This document shows, one piece after another, positions 40,202 through 50,683 of a stretch of 64,000 nt of DNA (the stretch's first letter is position 1; every line of letters starts with the position of its first letter). The notes beneath the pieces were generated by a model. The model was given only the letters and a program-made list of their open reading frames with translations, searched no databases and was not told where the DNA came from. The position numbers and the translations under genes are program-made. This DNA is from Takakia lepidozioides (Eukaryota > Plantae > Bryophyta), in the NCBI GenBank assembly GCA_030704615.1, contig CM060731.1:38812001-38876000 (forward strand), written 5' to 3'.

Positions 40202-40316
40202 CCGTCCAAACGGGAGCGGGTGTATGGCCACAAGGCTACGGCAAACAAAGTCTTATGACACCTTCTCTCTTTCTCGCTATGGCCGCATGCCTACGGCAAA
40301 CAACGTCTTATGAGTA
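40202..40316 (+). mobile_element. Two ultra-short 3'-terminal copies of the RTE/RTEX-like element in a (CT)n tract
   Basis: ATGGCCACAAGGCTACGGCAAACAAAGTCTTATGA and ATGGCCGCATGCCTACGGCAAACAACGTCTTATGAGTA follow (CT)10 at 40181-40200; probable TSD TCTCTCTT around the first copy. Confidence 0.75.
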
Positions 40317-40994
40317 GGAGCGTCCCTCCCAAAGTTCTGCAGTCCTTCTCGAGTAAATGTTTGTGTTCTGTGCCGAAGATTCCTGTTACACTACCGTAAT
40401 GCACTTCTGACCTGTCGAATATGGATCTGCTCGAGGTGGCTCATGGGTTGACTCTTTTCACAGACTGTTGTGAAGATCTCCAGCCTGAGTTGTTTTCCTT
40501 CGCCTTAACATTCTTCTTTTTCGGCACTGAGAGAAATGGCTGGGTTGCACTGTGTTATACAGGCAGTTGACTACAGCCAGCTTGCTGTGGCAGGTTGGAG
40601 TTGGAGATGTGGGATATCCTGGCTGAGGGTGGGAACCGGGTTGATGTCTCAGGGTGTCTGGGTGACTGCTTGTATACTGACATGAACAGCCAAAAAAGTG
40701 CCAAGGTCGGTGTTATCTTCATTCGCCTTTTAACCTAACTTTTGTATGTAGACTGATGTGTTGGATGGAACAATGTCAAGGGTTTAGAGGATGGAGAGGA
40801 TTTGGTGCCTTCACGCCACCTGTTTGTAGCAGCTTTTACAGAGTTTCTCTCTTGAGCAGTAGTTGTTTAGGTCTGCTTGTGGAGGGCCCATCTCTCTTGT
40901 TTCATGCTTTCTCTTGTCCCATAAGCTCTTTGAGCTTTCTGCGGAGGTTGTAAAGTATCACTTCATTTCATTTCTCTCTCTCTCTCTCGCTCTC

Positions 40995-42783
40995 AATGCA
41001 GTTGGAAGGATATTTTGCAGAGTTAACAGTACTCGTCTCGAGGTTGATCTGGAATCTAGAGGTTGTTTTCACGAAGGCCAAGCTGGGCTGTGTGGATCAT
41101 ATCTTCACTCTAAGCCAGATTATCCAGGGAAGGAAAAAAGAAGGGAAACCCACTTTTGTATTTTTCTTGGATGTCAAAAAGGCTTATGACACAGTGTGGA
41201 GAGACGGTCTATGGCTCCGACTCTGGTCATGTGGGATCAAGGGAATGATGTGGAGAGTGGTCCATAACTTGTATGCGCACACCAAAAGTTGTGTCACTGT
41301 TAATGGACAGAAGTCTAACTTCTTTGACATAGACCAAGGTGTAGCTCAAGGATGGACCCTCTCCCCTCTGCTCTTCAATGTTTTCATCAATCAACTCCTC
41401 GAGGATGTGGAAAGTGAGGGATTTGGGTTGAGGGTAGGTGATGCCACCATACCAGCCCTTATGTTTGCGGATGACTTCGCAGGCATAGGGGAGACACCTT
41501 CCAATCGCCAGGAGTTGATTGATTGTGCGAAGCGATACTTTGACCTTTGGGGGCTAGAGGCTAACGTCAGTAAATGTGCAGTGGTGGCATTCAAAGACCA
41601 AGGGGAGGGAGGAGGTGATCTCAAGTGGCAGTGGGGAAGCCAAGAGATTCCGGTTCTCCCTTCCTACACATACCTCGGCGTTGGGTTTTCCTCCAAACTG
41701 TAACTGGGATGCACATATTCAGAAAGTTGTTCAAACTGGCAAGTGCAAAGTGCTGGGTCTCACTAAATTTTTCCACTGCAGAGGGATCAACTCTGAGGTC
41801 AAAAAAACCATGCTTTGTCGCGTTATTAGACCTGCCTTGGAGTACGCATCTTGAATATGGGTTGATAACTCCAACCAGGCTAAGTTCTAGAATCCATTCA
41901 AGTGGGGGTGCTTAAGGAGCGCATGTCACCATGCTCCAAAACAGCCAATGTGGCTGTTCGGGGTGAGTTTGGCATCCCTTCCTTAAGCTCCCCACGAGAT
42001 GAATTCAAGGTCAGATGGTGGGGTCAGGTGCAATATGTCCAACATCAGATATCCTAAGTTAATCGACTCTATATCTTGGAAGCAGGACCGCCCTGTCAAA
42101 CAGGCTAAGTCCTGGCGGAAGAGAGTGTAGAAGAGATTCTCAAGGATCTGAATCTTAGCCAGCAAGTCTTGACCCTGCTGGATAAATCTGACTTAGAGGC
42201 TGTAGTGTCAAAAGCCATGTCTGTTGCCAGGAAACGAAATGAAGTTAGGCAGAAAAACTTCCCTGAACTTGTTTCCAGTCGTGACATGGGGGAATGTATG
42301 ACCTCAAGGGTCTACCCACTCTCGGCACTAGACTGAAATTTAAACTCAGGGCGGGAAGCAAACGAAAGCAGAGAGGAAAGGAAGAGTGCAATTGCAATTG
42401 CCTGTTGTGTGGGGCAACCTGAAGACAATATTCATTTTCAGATTCATTGTCGGGGGTTCTCTCACCAGAGAGACACTCTCTTCAAATCTATCGACGGAAT
42501 TGTGCCTGTATCTCTGTTTATTACCAACTTTGGAAGAGCCAAAAGCCCAGGCCCTTTTGGGGCCTAGTTATTGGGCAAACCACACTCAGCAGGTTGATGC
42601 CTGTGTAAAGGGATTTCTAGAGGATATCTGAAAAAACCGGATCAATTGTTTATTCCAACGTAAGTCTTACTACCAGCGTCAGCCCCTGACAAAGGTAGGT
42701 TCTGTCCCTTTGTGTTCTGCTCAAACTGGGCACGGGGTCAATGGCCACAAGGCTACGGCAAACAACATCTTATGAGTACATAT
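40995..42783 (+). mobile_element. 5'-truncated, degenerate RTE/RTEX-like non-LTR retrotransposon (RT plus C-terminal Cys/His region)
   Basis: RT motifs FLDVKKAYDTVWRDGLW, QGVAQGWTLSPLLFNVFIN, LMFADD and YTYLGV; C-terminal TRLKFKLRAG...CLLCG...EDNIHFQIHC across frameshifts; 10-bp TSD TCTCGCTCTC at 40985-40994 and 42784-42793. Confidence 0.9.
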
Positions 42784-42811
42784 TCTCGCTCTCTCAGTCT
42801 ATTGGTTTGTT

Positions 42812-42845
42812 TTAGGCTACGGCGAACAACGTCTTATGAGGACAT
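42812..42845 (+). mobile_element. ~34-bp retroposed 3' end of the same element with a 14-bp TSD
   Basis: GGCTACGGCGAACAACGTCTTATGAGGACAT flanked by TCTATTGGTTTGTT at 42798-42811 and 42846-42859. Confidence 0.8.
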
Positions 42846-43928
42846 TCTATTGGTTTGTTGGTGATTTGATTGATACATCAAGAGTAGTTGGTGGTGCTTG
42901 TGTAATCACCCAGCTATTGGGTGGTTGTGGGGAACTATGTGGGTGGTGGTTCTAACAGATAGTTTGGGGCATGCACGTGGGAAGGGGCTGATGTGTTGAG
43001 TAGTGTCATGTTGGAGCTAGGTGGTTGTTAGCAAATTGAGTATCTGAAATCAGAGACTTTGGGGTGCCATTCTCTCCTGTTCCCCTCAACCTGGGCATGG
43101 GGCCTTATGGCCACAAGACTATTACACAGACATTCCTCACTCTCACTCTCTCCCTCTCTCTTTCCCCTTTGCCCAGAGAAGTTGTTGAGGGAGTTGAGGC
43201 CAAGGTTAGTAAGCCCTGAGAAAGCTGCTGGTTGGTTACAAACAAGCTGAAGCACATTCATCCTAGAATTCACAGCAATATAGGGTCAGAACTTTCAAGT
43301 GTCTTAAGATTCCATACTGAGGGAAAAGAAGTGTGGTGATAGTTGTGTTCATGCCTTTACTACTTCCACCCTTTACCCCCTGCCAATTACTTAGACTTGA
43401 TGTTGTTTTTGGAGAGTTCCACATGGGGTTTTCTGAACAATATCCCTAGGTTTGCTTTTTGTGTTTGGAAGTTGGCCTGTCTGATGGATCTGAGTATTTT
43501 TGACAAGTTACGGCTAGGAAAATATGCTAAAATAAAAAATGTGGAGAATCTTTGGAACAAATACTTTTCAAGTCCAATCACAGTGAAGGTGCTCACCTGT
43601 AGTGATAGCATCACTGATACCTGTGGGGTATGTGCTATGTAAATTATAGGATTGAACTTCTTGGGGTGAGGGAAAGTATCTTACAAATTTGTTATGGAGG
43701 CAGGATTGCTGAAGGAGGTAGGGATGGAGTGTTCATGCAGATCAATCCCAGAAGACCAGATTCCAAGCACGAGTGTGTGAATGAGGTACTGTTGGTTAAT
43801 AGCTACACGAAACCTGTGTGGGTAGATGGTCAATTGAGAAGCTGGAAGCAGCTAGGGGAGAGTCTCCAGCAACCACTGGTGGATGACACTTCGAGTATGA
43901 CAGACCCTCTTTTCCAAATGTAGGCCTC

Positions 43929-45947
43929 ATGGATAGGATGGTGGGGTTGAATAAAGCACAGATGTTCAAACGCACGTCTTCAATGACTACTGCTGTTGAA
44001 AGGGGACCAAGAGAAGGAGACAAAAAGAGCTCTTCTGGTAAATGTGGGGACCTTGGGGCATTATGTAAGGCTGGACGACTGAAAGAGGCACTACACAACT
44101 TGAATCTACGAGGCATTTTGGCAGACTTTAAAACTTATGTATGTCTCCTGCAGGAGTGTATCAAAATGAAAGGCCTTGCAGAAGGAAAGCAGGTGCATGC
44201 ACACATCATCCAAAGTGGAGTGAAGCCCAACATATATTTACTCAACGCTCTTGTCAACATGTATGCAAAGTGTGGGAGTGTGGTGGATGCACGCCAATTG
44301 TTTGATAAAATGCCCGAACGAGATATATATACATGGAATACAATGATGGCAGCATATGCCAAACATGGGTGTGGTAGGGATGCCCGCCAAGTGTTCGACA
44401 AAATGCCTGAACGAGATATGTTCACATGGAATATAATGATAGCAGGGTATGCCAAGCATGGGTGTGGTAGGGAGGCTCTGGAGATTTATGAGCAAATGCA
44501 ACAGAAAGGGGTTATGCCGGACAGGGTCACATTCACTGGTGTTCTGAATGCATGTGCCAGCCTGGCAGCGTTGGAGAAGGGCAAAGAGGTCCATGCTGAC
44601 ATCATGAGGTCTCGAATTGCTCCAGACATTATTCTGGAGAATACCCTTGTTGACATGTATGCCAAATGTGGGAGCGTAGAAGATGCACGTAAAGTGCTCA
44701 ATAATATGGCTCGACGTGATGTGGTTTCATGGACTGCGATGATAGCAGGATATGCTCAGTTGGGGTGTGAAATGGATGCTCTTGAGATCTATGAACAAAT
44801 GATACAGGAAGGGGTGGCACCCAACAAAGTCACGTTCATTTGCATTCTCAATGCATGTGCGAGTCTTGCAGCCCTAAAAAAGGGCAGAGAGTTTCACGCT
44901 GACATTCTCAAAGCTAGAGTTGCAGCAGACATCATACTGGAGAATACCCTCGTCGACATGTATGCCAAATGTGGGAGCATGAAGGATGCCCGTCAAGTGC
45001 TTGATAATATGGTTCACCGAAATGTGGTCACATGGAATGCAATGATTGCAGGATATGCTCAGCATGGGTGTGGTATGGAAGCCTTCCAAGCATTTCAACA
45101 AATGCAGCAGGAAGGCTTGAAGCCAGACGGTATCACGTTTTTATGTATTCTCTCTGCATGTAGCAATATGGGCCTAGTGGATGAAGGTCGCCACTACTTC
45201 AATTCTATGAGCCAAGATCATGGCCTTACTTGCACACTCGAGCATTTTGGCTGCATGGTGGACATTCTTGGCCGTGCTGGGAAATTGGATGAGGCTGCGG
45301 GCTTCATCAACAAGATGCCAATTGAACCAGGTGCTTCAGTTTGGCGGGCTTTGCTAGGTGCCTGCAGAATCCATGGCAATATAGAGCTAGCAGAACACGT
45401 AGCAAAATGTCTTCTTAAGTTAGATCCAGAGGATGATGCCACTTATGTGCTGCTATCGAACATCTATGCTGCAGCTGGCAGGTGGCATGATCAAGCAAAT
45501 GTCAGAAAAATGATGAAGGATAGAGGTGTCAGAAAGGTACCAGGGCACAGCTGTATTGAGGTGGACAACCAGGTGCATACTTTTGTTGCAGAAGACAATT
45601 CGCATCCACAAATTGAGGAGATTTATGCTGGGCTACAAGGATTGTCTCGGCAGATGAAGGAGGCTGGGTACTTGCCTGACACACGATTTGTATTGCGTGA
45701 TGTGGAGGATGAACAGAAGGAATATTCTCTTTGCTACCACAGTGAGAGGCTGGCCATTGCTTTTGGGCTCATCAGCACTCCCCCAGGTTTGCCTCTCCGC
45801 ATCATCAAAAACCTTCGGGTGTGTGGTGATTGCCACACAGCCACCAAGTTCATCTCCAGGATTATTGGGAGAGCAATTGTTGTTCGGGATGCCAACCGGT
45901 TTCACCACTTTCAAGATGGTGTTTGTTCTTGTGGGGATTACTGGTGA
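43929..45947 (+). CDS. PLS-class PPR protein with canonical E1-E2-DYW domain (organellar C-to-U editing factor type)
   Basis: 672-aa ORF: L-S-SS-(P-L-S)x2-P2-L2-S2, PG box KVPGHSCIEV, HSERLA, KNLRVCGDCH, RDANRFHHF and CSCGDYW. The N-terminus may be incomplete. Confidence 0.95.
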   Translation: MDRMVGLNKAQMFKRTSSMTTAVERGPREGDKKSSSGKCGDLGALCKAGRLKEALHNLNLRGILADFKTYVCLLQECIKMKGLAEGKQVHAHIIQSGVKPNIYLLNALVNMYAKCGSVVDARQLFDKMPERDIYTWNTMMAAYAKHGCGRDARQVFDKMPERDMFTWNIMIAGYAKHGCGREALEIYEQMQQKGVMPDRVTFTGVLNACASLAALEKGKEVHADIMRSRIAPDIILENTLVDMYAKCGSVEDARKVLNNMARRDVVSWTAMIAGYAQLGCEMDALEIYEQMIQEGVAPNKVTFICILNACASLAALKKGREFHADILKARVAADIILENTLVDMYAKCGSMKDARQVLDNMVHRNVVTWNAMIAGYAQHGCGMEAFQAFQQMQQEGLKPDGITFLCILSACSNMGLVDEGRHYFNSMSQDHGLTCTLEHFGCMVDILGRAGKLDEAAGFINKMPIEPGASVWRALLGACRIHGNIELAEHVAKCLLKLDPEDDATYVLLSNIYAAAGRWHDQANVRKMMKDRGVRKVPGHSCIEVDNQVHTFVAEDNSHPQIEEIYAGLQGLSRQMKEAGYLPDTRFVLRDVEDEQKEYSLCYHSERLAIAFGLISTPPGLPLRIIKNLRVCGDCHTATKFISRIIGRAIVVRDANRFHHFQDGVCSCGDYW

Positions 45948-45989
45948 AACATGAACATGCATTAAAGAAAATGCGTCGTTTTAACAGTG

Positions 45990-46820
45990 AGGGCAGGAAG
46001 GTCTTGATTTGTTCTCTTATAAGCAGAGGGCAGTTGAACAGGAGAGCAGGGTTGAATCAGATACCTCCACTGTGATCACTGCTTCTGAAAGAGGCCCAAG
46101 AGTGGTTAACAAGAACTGTTCTGGCACTCATGGGGATATGAGAACACCACTTAAAGCAGGACAACTGAGAGACGGTTCTACATTGCGTGGAAACTCCTAT
46201 GGTATGTCTGTCTCTTGCAGGAGTGTATCAAGAGAAGGCCTAGCAGAGTGGAAGGAGCTGCACTCACATCATCCAAAGTGGATTAAAGCAAAACCCCTTT
46301 CTGCACAAACACCCTCATCAACATGTATGCCAAGTGATTAACAAAGTTCCTGAACGAGATACGCTAGCAGGATATGCCAGGCACAGGTGTGGTAGTGAAG
46401 CTTTTGAGATGTAAGAGCAAATGTTATTGGAAGGTGCAGCTGCCAACAAGGTCACTTTCACTGCGTTCTCAATGCATTTGCCAGCCAACAAGGGCGAAGT
46501 GGTCATGCTGACAGCATGAAAGCTGGAGTGGCTCCAGATGTCATTCTGAAGATGTCAACGGCCAACATGTATCTGAAATACGGGAGCATAAAGGGTGCAC
46601 GTGTTGAAATTGGATGAACAACAGGACTTTCTTAACAAAATGCCAATTGAAGGAGGAGGCTCAGCATTGATGGGCTTGCTTTGTGCCTGTAGAATTAATC
46701 CCTCTGCAGCTAGCAGAGTGGCGACATGCTTTCTCAAGCTGGATTCATAGAATGCTGCTGCTGACAGGTGGAACAATCAGGCCGAAATATGGATGAAAGC
46801 CAGAGGTGTCAGGAACCTTG
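45990..46820 (+). pseudogene. Decayed tandem PPR paralog (N-terminus to E domain, many deletions)
   Basis: Nucleotide similarity to the preceding gene: gaaagaggcccaagag, tgcaggagtgtatcaa, acatcatccaaagtgga, caacatgtatgccaagtg, aaaatgccaattgaa, agaggtgtcagga; contains stops and frameshifts. Confidence 0.85.
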
Positions 46821-48354
46821 AATTGCCAAGCTATGGAGGTCATTTTGATCCCCCTAAAACACATATAAAGGATCTTGATAAAGTCAAATGTTGTTTGGCT
46901 TGAAAGTACTTACTGGCTAGTATACAACATCACATTTCTATGTGGGGAAGCAGAAGCTGGAAAAATCAACCTGTCAATCAAACAATTCAAGCTCAAATTT
47001 CTTACATTGCAAATTCCACAAACAATTAAAACCCCACTAAAACATAATCTTTCTTGGGTATGATGGGTTTTCCTGCAATTTGCTGAGCGGATTTACATGG
47101 TGGTGAATGAATTTGGTCAGGTTCATTTTTTTGGATGTTACGACGTGGGAGTGTAGACTGAGTCACTTTCAGCCAAATTTGCACAATGGCGGGCCCATAA
47201 GGGATAACTCATAGTACTGTATTTGATATCTGCAACATTCTGCATGACAACAAACTAGAGGTCAAAGGCTCAATAATCCTGGGACTCCGGGTTGGGCGCA
47301 ATAGCCTGGATTTCACGTCCATGGGGACATTGACCACGCCCAGGTTTTGCATGGATTTGCATATTCACGTATTTTAATCTCACAATAATCTGAAGTACAA
47401 GAAGTCTATAGCTGAGAATCGAAGCACAAGCACATATTGTGTGGGTCAAATGTGAACGCCAGTTAGTATGTCAATAGGAAAACCATCAAAAGAGGCAGAT
47501 GATAACTTTGTGCAGTTTGCAAATCATCAGAGGAAAGTAAAACAAATCTAGTCGCCACTGAATGATTTCATCAGATGAAGATCTCTGGGTGATGGGTGTT
47601 CGCTTTCTGTAGTGAAACTGAGGGTGATTTAAGCAAAAGTGTTATCCCACTCCTCGGATCCACAACGCTCTTTGTTCATGAGGCAGAGGTTTGTACGTAC
47701 AGTATGCCATCCCCTGATCATCTCCAACAAAGTGTACCTCCGAATGTTAGGGCAACGCTAAATACATGGACAACCAACCACATCCATGATTCCAGTAGCT
47801 GTGGAAAACTTTTAGAGGCCCTTGAACTTTAACCGTCGTAGCAACTCGTGTTGCCAACGCCAACATTCCTGTTTAAGAAACGTGCCACAGCAGAAACCTT
47901 CTCGAGACATGAGAAGAGGTAGATGGAGGGTAGATCCCGAGAGAATCTAAAACCTCGGAGAACAGTCTCAGTTTGAGAGTTGTCGGAAGGCCTTTAGGAG
48001 CCAAGCTTGGTTAAAACCCGTTAACACAACTCCGTACGCCAAGCTGCTAACGCTGATTTTACCTGGAAGCTCAGATATTGAAGGCGATGGTGGGAGCTGC
48101 CATGGCTGGAAAGTCCTCCATAGCTGTACTTCTTCACCTCCAAAATATAGAGGTCGAGGCATATGAGCGAGATCTCCCGCGTCGCAATAGCTACTGATGA
48201 TGCAGCTGCCGTTGCACCATTAATACCCCCAGAAGAGGCGCTGGCAGCTGGCACTGATCCGCAATTAATAGCTGGAGAGCGCCCGTGCCTTCTTGTAAAA
48301 AACATCTGATCGGTTGTGCTGCCGTAAAACTGTAGCCCACCAATTCCACGTCGA

Positions 48355-50683
48355 CTATACAATGATTGCTGAGGCGTCATACTTAGATTTGAACTGGTAT
48401 GCAACGGCCCACACTTCATGAAGCAATTTCAGTAGTTCAATAACCTTGTGTTTTGACCGTGGGAAACAGTCACTTTGGAGAACGAGCAAGAGCCGAGTTA
48501 TGGCTCCCGTCTCGATGGCTGTGACACTAACGTCAGGAGGGGCTCCTCTACAAACTGCCAATAGAGCTCCGACTGCATAATCAGTACCTGCTTCTGACCC
48601 CCGAGTTATGCATTTGACGAGGGTAGGAATTCCTAGGGAATATGTCCGTGCCGCCTCCCTGCCCTCTGCAGTCTGACAGAGAGCTTCCAGAATGGAAAGA
48701 ATCTGGTCAGCAAGGTCTCTTCTTGCCACAGGGACGTAGTCGATGAGAGTGCTTACTGCTCCTGCATTGACCGCCAAAGCCCTATTCTTAAAGGGCAAAC
48801 ACATCGGAACTAAAGCCTTCAAAGCTGCAGCAACCATTTTCGGTGGGCTAACTTCATTGATGACGTTAAGGAGGCCATGTAATATACTACAAACTCCAAC
48901 AGTGGTTACAGGTGCTATGATCCGTCTAGGATTTGCACTAGCTGGCGAGCAACCAGATGCGTCTTTGCCGGTGTTCTCAGTGCGCACAGTCTCTTTGATA
49001 TTTCTTCCAGCTGACAATCCTAGACTCATACCGGAGAATGGCATCCCACTTAATCCCAAGGGCAGTTCACAGGTCTCCGCCAGGATGCCCAACATCTCTG
49101 TTGCATACAAGCGTTCCCTTATAGTAGAGCTCTTCAGAAGTGTGCAAATGACAGGAAGAGCTTCGGATTGAAAGATCTGGGTCTTCTGGTTGTCATCCAG
49201 AGGTAGTACAGCGAGCGCCCCAAGAGCTGAAACAAATTCTTCTGAGCACCTGAGAAAGATGTACAGAGCTAAGTTAAGTTTTAGTTTAGAACATAGGATC
49301 ATTGGACACTAACTTTGCAAAAGTTTATACTGCGTTTACGTTCCCAGGTCATCATTCTTGCTGCTAAACTGCACATTTGAATCCTACTTTTCTAGTGCGC
49401 TCGTTAGAGTTGCCTTACGTAGCATGCGTAGATGAAGATGATCACAAGGTGCTCCATTGAGAGTTTAGTTCATGGAACCAGGCCTCACCGACGGAAACGA
49501 CAACTTTCTATCGCTTCGAACGTACTTAGAAGTCTACTTTGGCAGATGACAAAAAGCTGCAGAGTGGGTGGAACCATTTCTTCCAAGTTTCATTAATGGA
49601 TCTAGATACTGCAATAAGAATATTAGTTTGGTTAACAGTGATGATCACCTGATTGCCTCACTCAGAAGGATAGAAATAAGAACTGATGGTGCGCCAGCAT
49701 CCACAGCTGCCACCTTGTTCACTTCACACTCTTTAGTCATACTCCTTAGGGTGTGGAAGAAACTGGAAGCGTCTCTGCCTCTATCCTCCATTATGTCCTT
49801 CAATACCAGCTTGATTTGGAGAGAGAGGGGAAGGGCATCGCCTGAAGCCAGACCCGCGTTGGCGCCTCCCTCCACCCAATGCTTGACAATAAAAGTTTCT
49901 ATGAGCCTTCTCAGTGTGCGGTTGGGGATGAATGACTTCTCGGGCACCCTCTGCAAATGATGTGCAGGAGTCAAGTACGTGAAGAACATGCTGGACATTC
50001 TTGACGAACTAGTCCTCTACAGGGTTCAAAGTTCAGAGATTTACTCAAGAATGAAATCTACCACGGAGCGAAGCAGCTGGTAAGCACGTCAGAGTTTTCT
50101 AATCACATTCACACGTTGAAGAGTATGCAGTTCGACAAGTCCAGACTAAGACAAACTGGCAGGAAGAATCGTGTTCGGCATCCGTAACATCATTCGACAT
50201 GCCTATTATCACATATAACTGCACACACGTAGCATCACTGACTACCACTCAACTTCCAATCGAACCACTTGATGCAGATCGAGACACACCCGATGTCACG
50301 AGTTACAAAAGCGCATGCATCGGCAAAACCAGAGGCAACACCACAGGTTCGCGGTGCGATCGTATGGAGAAAGAGAGAGTGTGCACCACAGCTTTGGATC
50401 CACTATCTAACAAATGTTCACAGGCCTAAGTCCACAAATAGTGTGAGTGGTGTGATAACTTTTCACGAATATAACCAAGCGTCGGAGGCAAAGCAGAGCA
50501 TACCTGCATGGTCATGGGACAAGTATCGTGGCCTTCGTCTAACCAGCGCTGGATATTAACACGGTCGTATGAATGCCCTGTGGACAAGGTTACGGGGTCG
50601 ACCATAATCTCCATGGAGATAGGACAGATGAAGCCATGAGGTATCTCTTTCGTCGACTGCGCTTGCAGCCTCCCCAAGTCCAT
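48355..50683 (-). CDS. U-box/ARM-repeat E3 ubiquitin ligase (plant PUB family)
   Basis: Exons 50683-50504 (IPHGFICPISMEIMVDPVTLSTGHSYDRVNIQRW...CPMTMQ), 49950-49649 (FIPNRTLRRLI) and 49249-48355 (ARM repeats); GT-AG and phase-consistent. An alternative in-frame ATG lies at 50761. Confidence 0.92.

Noticed and set aside
40181-42860. Short repeated ~37-bp motif as a CRISPR-like repeat or ncRNA
   Set aside because: It is explained as the 3' terminus of the non-LTR element, supported by TSDs and continuity with the RT ORF.
36685-45947. U-to-C (KP-type) editing factors
   Set aside because: Both proteins have PG boxes, HSE and terminal DYW, the canonical C-to-U type.
49460-49490. CATGGAACCAGGC, similar to the Tourist MITE TIR, in a PUB intron
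   Set aside because: Only one short end is present, with no partner TIR.
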